In this document: positions 1 to 12,821 of the stretch, piece after piece | Layout of the letters: every line of letters begins with the position of its first letter | Position numbering within the stretch: position 1 is the first letter of the stretch | Assembly: GCA_002633005.1 (NCBI GenBank) | Contig: NMRA01000008.1 | Coordinates: 832,341-896,340 of the forward strand | Source: Phoronis australis | Taxonomy: Eukaryota; Animalia; Phoronida | DNA: 64,000 bases | Direction of reading: 5' to 3' | The notes under the pieces: model-generated | Told to the model about the DNA's origin: nothing | The model's input: only the letters and a program-made list of their open reading frames with translations | Database searches by the model: none | Program-made: the position numbers and the translations under genes

Positions 1-1716
1 GGGTTAACGCCCTGGGCGGTTAAATTGGCGAACCCAAAAAATCGGGGGTGGGCGGTTAACCAGACATGGGCGCTTAAACGTGAAATTTCAAGAAATCGGG
101 GGGGGGGCGGTTAACTGAACATGGGCGCTTATTACGACCGGCAACCGCCCTGGGCGGTTAATCTTACCTTATGATCTGAGTCACCACACGTACTAAGCCA
201 CATACTGGGATCGCCTAACACTTTGAAAAGAACTTTATCGCCACCAAGTGCGTACTCTGCGCACTCTAATTAACAAATAGTTTCGAAAATGTAGAGTGTG
301 GTCAAACTCCGAACGCTTGCATAGAAAGTTTGCTACATAATATGGCGCCTCAGGTGAGACCGATTATTGCGAATTATGCTCATTATTTCACTATACTTCG
401 CAGACGTTGAACATGTTCACCTGCGTAGCAGACGGTAGCTGTGCTGTCGTTTTAACCCAGTTGTGGTCACGTGCTGACCCATTTTTCCTGTGATCAGTGC
501 ACTCCCATAATAAACAACTTAACTGACGGTCACGTAGACAAGGACTACCAGCAGTTCCGAATTTCAGTTCAAAATCATTTCGAGATAACAGAATGTACTC
601 CTGGTCTGAATGGTCAAAAAGCATAAAAATGTATAATCAATCACGAAATCGGGTTCAACTATTCAGCTGCCATGCACTGTCGATTCGCCTGTTTATGTTG
701 CCGGTATGTGGAGTTGACATGTACGGTACTCTGGCCTTTCAATGGCTAAATACAATAACAAACTTTTTGTTAACAAACTCTACATTCAAAAAATTGCCAC
801 CAAGTTACATTGCAAAACACAAACACGAGTTTCTGTCTACACTCGCGTTTTTACTGGTCGACTTAGCAAACAAGAAGTCGGCCGATTCCAGTGTCGACCT
901 TGAACAACCGTCGTTGCGGTTTTCGTTTCGACTGCGAGACGCAGCTTTTGTTAGCAAATGAAACCATCTATTCTCGGTAAAAATAATTCTTAGACGAAGC
1001 CTTAATTGTTCGGGTAAGTAACCCCGGTTTACTATATGCGACGAAATTACCGTGACGAGAGTACTCGAAAGACGGGGATCTCGATAACCCGGCAATTACA
1101 CTCACCAAAATATAAAGAATTTATCAACTTTTCGCGGTTTATGGGAATTCTTCAAAATCCCGAGAGCTTACAACCTAAAGCGCATTGAGAGGGTTGGCAA
1201 AAGCAATGTCACATTTCTCTGACCTGGTTATTTCGAATGCATCTTTTATATAGTGCACTGTAGTCGATAACTCAGTGCGGCAGAGATTGTGGCTGAAAGT
1301 GGAGGTGTAGACGCCAGCGCGGTTCCTAAAGTTTGCGAACATGAGAAGAAAAGAAAGTGACAAAGTGTTCAAGTATTACATTTTGAAGTTAATCGATGAC
1401 CCGTTACAATAATTTGTTACTGGTATCATAATTCACATTGCTAAACCGCGGTCTCTGAGGCCGTCGTTGCACTCAATGTTATCATCGATCTTAATCTAAA
1501 AGGTCGGGGATTCGCGTTTCCTATTAGCACAGGGCGGTAATCACCAATCGGCAAAAGTAGGGGATGGGCGGTTAACCGAGCAGTGGGCGGTTAATTGGAA
1601 ATCTTCAAAAATAGCAGGGGGGCGGTTAACCGAGCAGTGGGCGGTTAAATCGAAATTCACCTAAAGTAGGGGGCGGGCGGTTAACTGAGCATGGGCGTTA
1701 ACCCGAACGATTACGG
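1..1716. mobile_element. Non-autonomous TA-target DNA transposon (Tc1/mariner-pogo-like), copy 1; left TIR cut by window edge
   Basis: Right end ...GGGCGTTAACCCGAACGATTACGG|TA (1716) is the reverse complement of the left end of copy 2; near-identical to 11464-12821; repeated GGGCGGTTAA motifs at both ends; no convincing ORF. Confidence 0.85.
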
Positions 1717-2282
1717 TAATTGATTGTAACGATTCCAACACAATCTTTTTGAAATTATTATTAATTTCCTCCCAGAGGACAGCACAAAAGCTAAACTGAC
1801 AAGTGAAAGAGATCAACTATACAAGCTGTGAATTCAGATTTAGTCAATGACAATTGATTGCCATAAAATAATAAACAATTGTCAACTACTACGAGTGTAT
1901 CACTGAACAGCATTTATCGCTCGCCTGATGATTGTCGCATAAATCGCTGAAATGTCGTGCAGTAGAGCAAACAATGACATACATTAATTTCACTCAATTC
2001 TGTTTATCTATTCTACAACCTACACAAGCGCGTTTAAGACTTTCTTCAAGGCCTTTCAGCCCAAAAACTCAACCATAGTGTCGAAAAAAGAGAACTTCGT
2101 CTACATTCAGGGAAGAGTTTAGATGCAAAGCATTAAGGTGTACGGGGAGAGGAGGAGCAACAATCCGTCAAAGATAACAGTCAGTAAAAATACGATTAAA
2201 GTACCACGTTGAACGGTTGAAGACTGGGCCCGCAACTCCCCTTCGGCTGACCATTTGGAGAGCTCTTCAACTGGCTGCTTAC

Positions 2283-2399
2283 CTTCAGCATCCACTTGCT
2301 CTAGTGCCGAGGGGTCATTCTTAATGGCCTGTAGAAGCTGACCGATGTCACCAGTGACGGCAGCCTGGTGAGCCATGGTCAACTCTTCATCAGAACCAT
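2283..2399 (-). CDS. ANKRD55: ANKRD55-like ankyrin repeat protein, coding exon 2 (DGSDEELTMAHQAAVTGDIGQLLQAIKNDPSALEQVDAEG)
   Basis: ttgcag acceptor and GAAG|gtaagc donor, 117 nt, phase 1-1; peptide resembles the vertebrate ANKRD55 N-terminus as recalled ([34 protein letters not shown]). Confidence 0.85.
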
Positions 2400-3226
2400 C
2401 TGCAACAATATGGACAAAGCACGTTAGGACCTCTTGGCTGAACAAGGTAACTACGGTAAAAATTCTCCAGTTTGGGACAATTCCAATACATATAGCCCTT
2501 TGTTCATTTTTCAAGGTATATTTTAACATTGTTGGAAATTTTTCAAAACATTCTCTGGTCAGCGGTACAGACCATGAACGTGGAAAAGCCTGGTAAAAAT
2601 GTCTGCCAGATATTAGGTGAAATCAAGGCTGAGTGTCTTCACTACTTAAATACACCTAATGTATTCCTACATGAAGCTACGGAGGACCTGAGAAAAATGT
2701 TAAAATTTGGCTAACTTCGGAACATCACATCTCAGAAATGGACGACCAAATTCCTATGAAACTTTCCGATACCATGCACTGTTCTCCAAAACGCTGTTAG
2801 GATTCTTTCCCAACTTGTCCACTTGTGCATTAGGTGCTCTCAAAAATTACCCTTTTTCAAGGTCAATTCTTATTGTTGCGAATGCCCACTATTTCCCATT
2901 ATCTGATGATAGCTGTCGCCTGACGCACAGAGCTTGAACGGGGAAAACCAAAAGTTTGGTGCTGTATATCATCCATGGAAAAATGAGAAAATAAAATTTC
3001 ACTTGACGGCCATATTGTGTCCTGAACTGGTGAGACTTTACAGACCAGTGAATTAAATATAACTTGCAACACATGTGGATATGTTCAAAGCATTGTGTTC
3101 CAATTGATATCTGAGGAAATTATTCCTTAACATTTGCATCCTCAAATCAATGCTTGGATTACACACTATGGCTGTGTCAATAACCTGGAGTGATGTTCAC
3201 AAGTGGTTCTAACAATAATCAGCAGC

Positions 3227-3240
3227 GTTGCCATGGCTAC
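3227..3240. promoter_or_regulatory. RFX X-box-like palindrome GTTGCCATGGCTAC
   Basis: One mismatch from GTTGCCATGGCAAC; lies in intron 1 of a gene whose vertebrate homologue is cilia-associated. Confidence 0.35.
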
Positions 3241-6229
3241 TTAAGCGCCAACTTGATATAATATATCCAACAAAATTGCAGAGACCTCAGAACTGTAGTC
3301 AGATAAAATTCATAATGTTAGTATTTGGTGGCCACAAAAAAGAGATGCTACAAATCTCTACTTTTAGAGTCAACTCCATGGTTTCCAAACTCAAATAACA
3401 GTCTAGTCCATTGTTAGGCCTTCAAGGCATTAAAAGATAGCAAAACCACAAATATCTGACATTTACATGGGAGACTGTAATGGAGAAACTAAAAAGAAAA
3501 AGTTGACGAGTAGACGTGTGTGCGTATGTGTGTGTATGCATGCGTGTGCGTGCGTGTAAACACAACTGGCACATAGCAAGTTAACACCATAGCAGCCATT
3601 TTTGGACACGATCAGTCTGAGAGGAAGAGCAAGCTGTACCCGATCAGTTGCTTCAGTTTCAACTATAGGTACAAGTCTAAACACCGACTGGGACAAGGCG
3701 AAAAATATATACATTAGATAATCTGTTACGCTTGTGTAACAGGGTATATTTAAGTGATTCGCTAGCAGAGTTGTGCAAATCTCCTGCAGTAATTGACTGG
3801 TTAACTCCAATCTCACAAGAGTAATCACTAGAGGTCGCTACATGCAACACACGTAATCCATTGATAGTGCCACTCAACTGTGTCATCTTGTGCTTAACCC
3901 TAGAACTTGGAAGTTTTAACTTTGATGATGCTACCCAAGAGGAAAGATAAGGGAGATGAGACCCAGTTACGATAGACAGGATTCAGTTTTCATTAGATCA
4001 GAGTTCAAGATATCCAGGGTTCTTGTAGAAACTCTAGGTCAAGTTTCTAAGGTGCTCTGTACATTTCTCAGTTTGCACGAATTAAACCTACCAACCACAA
4101 CATCAGTAAATATTAAAAATTATAAATGCGCAGCAGTTAAGCAGGCATACAAACACTACAACACTACCATTCAGTACTCCACAGACCCAAACAATGATTT
4201 CATCAAAGTTGACTACACTCTGCAAAAGTCAGCCTGCTAAAAATATTGCACGATACAGAACTGTTATTGAAACCTATATTATGTCCAAATCGCACTGTCA
4301 TGGTACTCACTGCAGGGTGAGCTGCAGCGGTGGATCCTGATTCACCATGCTTCTAAAATCGCCTAATGTCCCAATCTTCAGAATCATTAGAAAATATGAT
4401 TTCGGATTGAATTTCAGTGCCCTAAATACACTGTCCAGTTCCAATTAAATAATTTGAGATTTTTTAGTACACACCACTCATTGATACATTATAACAAACG
4501 GGACTCTAAACAACCTTTGGTAAAACAGGTCAGAGGTTGTAACATATTTCACAGATAGGAATTCACGATCAATTTCTCACATTGTTGCTACAAACTATGA
4601 AAATGTCGGCAGCCATTTTCAATGATTTTATAAACTGTCAAATCTAATTTTCAGACTCTGTTGATACAAAAACCATTGTCCGATATTGGATAATTTTAAA
4701 AATGATTAAGGCCAAACTCACCTATGTCTCAATTGTATTGAATTTCAATGTCGCAGGTTTTTGCGACTGTCCCGAACTGGAGAATTTTTACTCGAGAATA
4801 CTATAACTTACAGATATAACAACAGGCTCATCTTCAACAGAGTATCCCTTCCAACAACACAGACTGGTTGCATTAAAATCAATATTCAGAGAATTAACAA
4901 TTTGCTTAGCCCTCTTCTAATATTGACAAAAGCAAGGAATGACATTGCCGAATGTACGAATAAAGTATATTACTTTTTTCCTCAAACCTTAAAACGTCGA
5001 TTTATTTGTATTTAAGTCTTGTTAAGACCTGTTCGCACTAGCAATTCATCTACAACACAACGGCAACTGTCTACAACTGCTCTTCGTTGCGAGGAGCAGT
5101 TACTAAGGTATTGCTGTCACCATTATGTGTCACGTTGATGATGGCATATGTGAAATACGAAGCTGTATCGACACAGTACACACTGCTTATCGTTCATGAT
5201 CGAGTGCATTTGATTATTGATACGCTTGCTTCAGTCAATTAGTTCTTGTCGCAAGGGTGTTCGCACTATGTCACGACTAATTGCTCTGACTTGACCTGCA
5301 AGCTGCAGCAACTTCCCTCGCTCAAAGACTGGCCGACACCACAGCAACTTCGACATGGTGTGCGAAGGAGTGCCGTTCGATGGCAATGCATTAGGACAAA
5401 TTGGTAAATGCAGACAAGTCTATACTGTCCTGTATTGTCTTCATTTTATCATTATCCTTGCCTATCAGTATATCATTACTTATGTTACTCATTAACCTTG
5501 ATAAAACACCCACAAAAAAGATAAAGTTAAAGTCTAACACCTACACAGGGGAGACAGATCTATAAAATCATACATCAACTACCGCCATCCTTCCTCAGCA
5601 CCACCAATAAAAAGACAAGAAAACGTAACAACAGAATAACAAGTGACTTGTTCTCCTCTTAGGACAGAGCCGTTATCATTTGCGGAGTATCACACATGTA
5701 ACTGAAGGTTGTATCCAAAAAAGTAAAGCCCTGACATAAAGGCCATCAGGTTATCATGAGCTGTCTAAAACACACATCAAAAACCTTTTTTACATGGCAC
5801 GAAGGAGTAATCACAGCGCTAGATGCTGTACGGCACGTAGGAGTTATCACAGCCCTGGATGCTGTACTATAGTACCATTTAGACCACATTGCATCGCAAG
5901 TTTGCGTCAGCATGAGTCATTAACACCAGGACTGTCTGCAAGTGCTATAGGCCATAGTCCTAGCTCTCCTATCTTTCACCTTCGTGGTTACTTTTGAGGG
6001 GCAATGGGAACTTTGCAGTAAACCCATCTACAGATGTTCAAAAGTCAATTTCAAAAAAGTTTCCAAGAATACACTACCACATTTAGTAATAATTTTAATT
6101 TAAAAGTTGGAAAAAATTAGCCAAAACTAATATGTTAGCCACTAGGTGTCAGTGCAAAATGATCAGAACAGCCAATCAAATGACAGGAAAATATTGCGTC
6201 CCTATCTTTCCCATTTCCAAGTTGTCTGC

Positions 6230-8270
6230 TTCAAGAAAGCATTTGTCAGAGGACAGCCAACTGATGTTATCCTGTTGGCTTGGCTTACTTATTTACAGCT
6301 ACTGTCTACAATGAAATGTGTTAATTCTTGGATGGGTAAGCAAGGGTCAAGGCTCATTAACCAGCAGTCAGTAGATTGGAATTGAGGAAAGTCGAGACAA
6401 GTGGCAAGTGTCATCATATCATATACATACAATTCTTGGCATGTTCCTGAATCATTTTGTGCTTCTGCAAACAGCAGTTTTGGGCCAGCTAGGAAGGACA
6501 CTGCTGAAAACATGAATTATTGAATGAGTGTGCAACTTCACAAGAGACTGGCAAGATTGTCTGCTCCTTGTTGCATTCATGTCGGATTCTGCTCAAAATT
6601 CTGAGCTCCAGGAATTTTCAGATATTATGTGGTCTAAGGCTACTGCAAACAAATGGATCAACAATGAGTGCAAGAAAAGTATTATTGCTTGGAAGTTTTT
6701 AAGTTTTTGTGAAAAAACAGAGCTATTCTATCACAATCAGTATCACATACACTTAATGAATGTATCAAAAATCAAATCAGCTCTTAAAAAAGAAAAAGAC
6801 CAAACTGATGAGGGAAACGATATTGAACTACTAGAAAATTAAAGAGATTCTCACTGTCAGTTCTAGTTAACAGTTCTCAAAGAAAGGTATAGGTATTGTC
6901 ACCACAATGTATCATTTGCCACAAATCAAAGTCCATCACAGAGAACTTCACAAACAAAAGAAAACTTGAAAAGCTATCCCATTTCCAAACATTCACTTGT
7001 AAATAGGCCTACCTTAATTCTTAATTCGAAAAAAACATCATTTATGGTAAAAAATCTTTAGTTTAGGACAGAGAAAAAAGAATTAGTTTGTTTGATAAAT
7101 TTACATTATTAGCCGTACCAATCTCAAAGATACTGGCTGTAGTTTTTACCTGCATGTGAGTGATCAGCTCTGCTCTTTATAAACTTCCAATCCTATTTTC
7201 TGACCCTTTTGTGCAAAAATGAGCTGTGTTTGGACTTTGAGAAATATAAAAATGCAAATATTGCCCGTGTTCTTAATTTATTATCTTGAAAATTCACATG
7301 TTGCTCAGATTTCAGAGTCACATTTTGGAGATTCTTGAATTGGAGAATTTTAAGTGTAGGAAAATTTTTACTCTTCCAATTATGAGCTATCTATAACAGA
7401 AAGCCTCAAAAGAAATTGGGTTCTACGGTAAATAAGACGCTTTTCAATTCCACACAAAAACTATTGCCAAAATGACCATTCCTCAGTTTTCAAAGGTTGA
7501 ACTTACGGCATTAAGGATAATAGAAAATTTTCTATGTCTTAAATTGGCAACTCTCCAGTGCAATCAATGCTAGTAATGTTGCTCATTTCTCTCAATGTTT
7601 ACTTTCGCTGAGTACTTGACAAAATAAAATTTCACTTGTTGGCCATGCTGTGCTAAAGTGAAGAGCATTTTGGTTTTCTGTTTTAGTAAAAAAGATTACT
7701 GTCACAAGACTGATGTGTTTAGATGAAACGCTATTCAGGTTGGCAAAAAATTTTATTCCGGGTAGGCTGCAGGCTTGCAGAGATATTTCTTAAACTTTGT
7801 CATTAAAATTGGGCTCAACATCATTTTGCGTTTCCTTGTCAACTCATGTAAGACATTGAACAGTTTGTATGCAAGCTGTACGGGGACTCATCATCAACAG
7901 TTAACAAAGCACGCTACCACATATTCAGGTTGAAATCTATGATGGAATCATCTCTGTCTCCAAACCATTATTGTTTGCTGTTACATGCCAAAACAGCAAA
8001 CTACCAGTGTGCCATTCACAAACGAGCCTTGCAACAGCATGTCAGTGCACCATCCCCAGTTGGTAATGCGGGTGACTTTTGGAGTAGGGTAGTCTGAATT
8101 TCCACTGGATGACTCTGCCTTTAGCCCCAGAAAATGTCATGAAAAATGTTAATTGCAAATGTAAAAAGAGTACAAAAGTGTGCTCTTGTTTGAAGTCGGG
8201 CATGCCATGTTCAAAGTTGTGTGATTGTCGAGACTGGGAACACGGTGTCTCAAGAAACAACTTTTGATGA
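6230..8270 (+). mobile_element. Decayed Academ (AcademX-type) DNA transposase remnant (XPG/PIN-like region plus C-terminal Cys-rich CXC domain)
   Basis: 7852-8070 reads DIEQFVCKLYG..VNKARYHIF..LHAKTANYQCAIHKRALQQHVSAPSPVG; after a frameshift HWMTLPLAPENVMKNVNCKCKK..VCSCLKSGMPCSKLCDCRD; a TDVILLA PIN-like motif near 6255; stops and frameshifts present; left boundary uncertain. Confidence 0.7.
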
Positions 8271-9207
8271 CATTAACGGTGAATACAAACAATGGAGTGG
8301 ATGAACAAACATAAAAAGTATGTGCTATGTTGTTAAAAATCTTTAAATTTGTAGCCTAATGGAAAATATTTACATTTTATCATGCTCGTGGATGTCAAGA
8401 CTGAATGGTGTTCAGTATGGTTCCCTATGACAGTTGACTATGAACTGCAATGTGGATAAAGATAATTAATTGTGACAATTAATGAAAGTGATGACAGTGA
8501 ATTCATTGCAGAAACGTTGGAACTGTATTGTTCATATGTAGGTTGTGACATCAAATCTTTATCAAGTTCCAAATGGTTAACACTACTATTGTTCTTCTTG
8601 AATATAGTAGTGTTTCCTGGCCAACCGGAGGCGCTGCTAAAATTTTTCTATTTGTCTTTTTTGAGTAATTTTCCACCTAATGTCCTAATATTTATCACTT
8701 TCCTTGTCCATTAAATTCAAATGAACAAAACCCAATCAAATAATCATTCAGTTTGTGTCTAGTGTTGTTGGTTTCTGAAGATTGGTTTTCTGTGTCAAAT
8801 TTTGCAAAAAGTCAGATTTTTAGGTCAAATTTCTTGAAAACGTGCAAGTCAAACATTAGGAACTTCGTGTAAATGCAGCAAAAGTGGTGGCCTCAGTTTA
8901 TAAAGGTCATGCAAACATTGTAATGGTGGTGTGGTTTAGTAAAGTGGGTCTTTAACAAGAATAGAAAATAACTGAAACAAATCGCTTTAATTTCCAATTT
9001 TATTTAAATTGGGATTTTGCTCTTGATAACTATCTGCTTTTATGTTGAATTCTTCGAGGGACATTATCGGTTTTGCGACTAAAGAATGCATTTTTGAAAT
9101 TGTTGGAATTTTGGGATAGACTTTTTGAAGATAATAGCTTTGAGCAGAGTTCTAAAACAATGAAATCCGTTGCGGGATTTACCTGCTGCTGCAGCAGTCA
9201 GTGTTAC

Positions 9208-9490
9208 GCCGCATTTACACGAGAGACAGTTGACCCGGCACAGCTGTCAGAACAGCTGCTCCAGTGCACAAACACAACTGACACGGAGCGAGAGCGAGTG
9301 ACACCACGGTGGTCAGTTTTTGACACCAGTTTGACAGGTAGAGCGAGTTACACTTGACTAAACTGGGGCAGGGCGGAAATGGATGATTTTTCAATGTGCT
9401 TGCTTGTGCAATAGTGTGTACTAGTGGCATTCCACGTGGCTTGGAAATTCACTATTGTTTATGCGAACATGCGCAGTCTCGGTGTAAGTG
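9208..9490. mobile_element. Non-autonomous PIF/Harbinger-like repeat; related copy at ~42280-42530
   Basis: Shared terminus GC(C/T)GC(A/T)TTTACACGAGAGACAGTTG at 9208 and 42279. Confidence 0.45.
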
Positions 9491-11463
9491 ACTCATGCTG
9501 TTCCAGTTTGAGGAGTAAAACGGCTTTAGACTGCCACCATGAGGGTTGCAGGTTTGACTCCGCGCTGAAGTTGATTTCAGAAAATCCCTTTTCTCACCTA
9601 TAATGACCTCTTAACAAAGACGCTTAGGGGTTTAAAATGTTGTCACACTAGTATGGAACTAAATTATTTAAAAATGAGTGGACATCTCAAGTCACAGGAA
9701 ACGTGACCATGCGCCATTTTTGAATTTGAAACTTTAGGGTTGGCAAACCCCAGTAAAATTTAAACTATTTTTGTGAGTTGCCCATTAGATTTTCTTGTGG
9801 GTAATGAAAGTGCTATCAGAGCAAGGAATATAACAAAACCAATTTTATAAGCTTGTGACTTGATTTTTGGCATATAGTGAGGAAATGCAGTTTAGGATAG
9901 AATGGCGAATTAAAATTTAACAGTTGGGGACACTCTGCACTAAGAAGTCTTAAAATAGCTTTAAACCTGCATTTCACCCCAAAACAACTTTTTCCCACAG
10001 CATCACATGAATTTTTGGAAGATTTTAACACAGTTTTAAGCTCGTGCACAAAGTATTGGAGTGCAAGTTACAAACAGACTTACCCGAGGCCACTAATGTC
10101 GCTTTTCAAAATGTCACAAACTCCGGTCTATGCAGTAACAGTCACACTCCCCATAACTTTCCCATTGACTGGTGACATGGAAGTCATACTTAATAAAAAT
10201 AGTGATTGCTCACAGCCAGAGTGAAGTTCACGGAGTTGCAGTCAGTATGAACAATTAACTTCGGTCCTGGATGGAAGTTAAGAGTGCCAGTTGACTTCGC
10301 AGTAAACAGGTGAAGATGCCATGGTGCAGTAGGAATGGTCAACTTTGGACTCATTGAAGTTATCACAAGGGGTCATTGCTATTGTCAAGAATTAAAGGAC
10401 AGTGTCGTTACTAGTAGTTGCTTATATTTTGCTTGAATAGTCACCAATCGAATTAGAAATAAGTTCTATGTCAATTAACTCACGTACATGCTCTCAAACT
10501 GTCACATTAAAAAAATCTTAGCATGCTCGCGATACACCAGTGCTACCTCCTGTTTACTTTGATGGCGTTAACTACAAAAGCTGGTATGAACAATTCCAAT
10601 TAGATAGAGCAGATCTCAGCAAAACAGGGGAGTTGTGGTGCTGGTGCGAAAACAACATAAGTCTCAACTTGTTTCTTACTCAACTAGGAAGGGATTTCTG
10701 AGTTTACAACAAAGAGCAGTCTGTCATTCCTTGAGACCACATAAAACAACATGCTGCTTCTGATCATTACCTTAGACCCTTAGACCAATAACAAACCACC
10801 AGTTCGGGGGGGGGGGGGGNGGGGGGGGGGGGGGGTTATGTTTATGACTGCTTCAACTGATTCACCAATTCACGAGGGACTACAGTAAAAATTCTCCAAT
10901 TTGAGACAGTCTCTAAATTTGTGACTCTGAAAGTATCCGTGGAAAAATGGATTTTCTTGATTTTATTATAATTTGGGACAACGGCGATTTTGGCGTTCAC
11001 CACATTTCTCAACTTTCGGACCATTTGTTTTCAATATACAGAGTAGGTAACTTTTCCGCCTTTTCGGCATTTCTTGAATTTGGGACAGCCAATATTGCTT
11101 ATTTCTAGAATTAGGGACATTAGCTCTGACCTCGAGCAAAATAATTATTTTTTCACTGTCCCAAACTTTTGCCATATTTTAGCTTCAATCCACTTGTGGA
11201 CAACACCTGCAACAAATACTCAGAGAACTATTGAGGAACTGGCATGGGAAAGAGTGCTTTGATCTTTACAGCCCGTGAACCTGATAGATCAATGATGTAG
11301 TCTGGCGTGGCGGCTGGAGTTATAATCATACAGTAGATTTATAAAGGGTGTCTTCAATGCTCTTAATTACATTGAAATAGCAATCAATTGGCTGGCATTG
11401 ATCTGACATGGGATACCTGCAGCAGTAATAGTGGTCACAAATGAAGAAATCCCTGTTCTATTA

Positions 11464-12821
11464 CCGTAATCGTTCGGGTAAACGCCCTGGGCGGTTAAAT
11501 TGGCGAACCCAAAAAATCGGGGGTGGGCGGTTAACCAGACATGGGCGCTTAAACGTGAAATTTCAAGAAATCGGGGGGGGGGGGGGTTAACTGAACATGG
11601 GCGCTTATTACGACAGGCAACCGCCCTGGGCGGTTAATCTTACCTTATGATCTGAGTCACCACACGTACTAAGCCACATACTGGGATCGCCTAACACTTT
11701 GAAAAGAACTTTATCGCCACCAAGTGCGTACTCTGCGCACTCTAATTAACAAATAGTTTCGAAAATGTAGAGTGTGGTCAAACTCCGAACGCTTGCATAG
11801 AAAGTTTGCTGCATAATATGGCGCCTCAGGTGAGACCGATTATTGCGAATTATGCTCATTATTTCACTATACTTCGCAGACGTTGAACATGTTCACCTGC
11901 GTAGCAGACGGTAGCTGTGCTGTCGTTTTAACCCAGTTGTGGTCACGTGCTGACCCATTTTTCCTGTTTGATCAGTGCACTCCCATAATAAACAACTTAA
12001 CTGACGGTCACGTAGACAAGGACTACCAGCAGTTCCGAATTTCAGTTCAAAATTATTTCGAGATAACAGAATGTACTCCTGGTCTGAATGGTCAAAAAGC
12101 ATAAAAATGTATAATCAATCACGAAATCGGGTTCAACTATTCAGTTGCCATGCACTGTGACGAGAGTACTCGAAAGACGGGGATCTCGATAACCCGGCAA
12201 TTACACTCACCAAAATATAAAGAATTTATCAACTTTTCGCGGTTTATGGGAATTCTTCAAAATCCCGAGAGCTTACAACCTAAAGCGCATTGAGAGGGTT
12301 GGCAAAACCAATGTCACATTTCTCTGACCTGGTTATTTCGAATGCATCTTTTATATAGTGCACTGTAGTCGATAACTCAGTGCGGCAGAGATTGTGGCTG
12401 AAAGTGGAGGTGTAGACGCCAGCGCGGTTCCTAAAGTTTGCGAACATGAGAAGAAAAGAAAGTGACAAAGTGTTCAAGTATTACATTTTGAAGTTAATCG
12501 ATGACCCGTTACAATAATTTGTTACTGGTATCATAATTCACATTGCTAAACCGCGGTCTCTGAGGCCGTTATTGCACTCAATGTTATCATCGATCTTAAT
12601 CTAAAAGATCGGGGATTCGCGTTTCCTATTAGCACAGGGCGGTAATCACCAATCGTCAAAAGTAGGGGATGGGCGCTTAACCGAGAAGTGGGCGCTTAAT
12701 TGGAAATCTTCAAAAATAGCAGGGGGGCGGTTAACCGAGCAGTGGGCGGTTAAATCGAAAATCCACCTAAAGTAGGGGTGGGCGGTTAACTGAGCATGGG
12801 CGTTAACCCGAACGATTACGG
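11464..12821. mobile_element. Non-autonomous TA-target DNA transposon, copy 2 (complete ends, internal 373-bp deletion relative to copy 1)
   Basis: TA|CCGTAATCGTTCGGGTAAACGCCC ... GGGCGTTAACCCGAACGATTACGG|TA: ~24-bp TIRs with TA duplication. Confidence 0.9.

Noticed and set aside
391-1372. ORFs repeated at 11883-12477
   Set aside because: Internal to the non-autonomous transposon, no transposase motifs, frames not preserved between copies
5791-5867. Two-copy ~36-bp tandem duplication (similar ones at 56650-56770 and 60190-60335)
   Set aside because: Ordinary local duplications with no further structure
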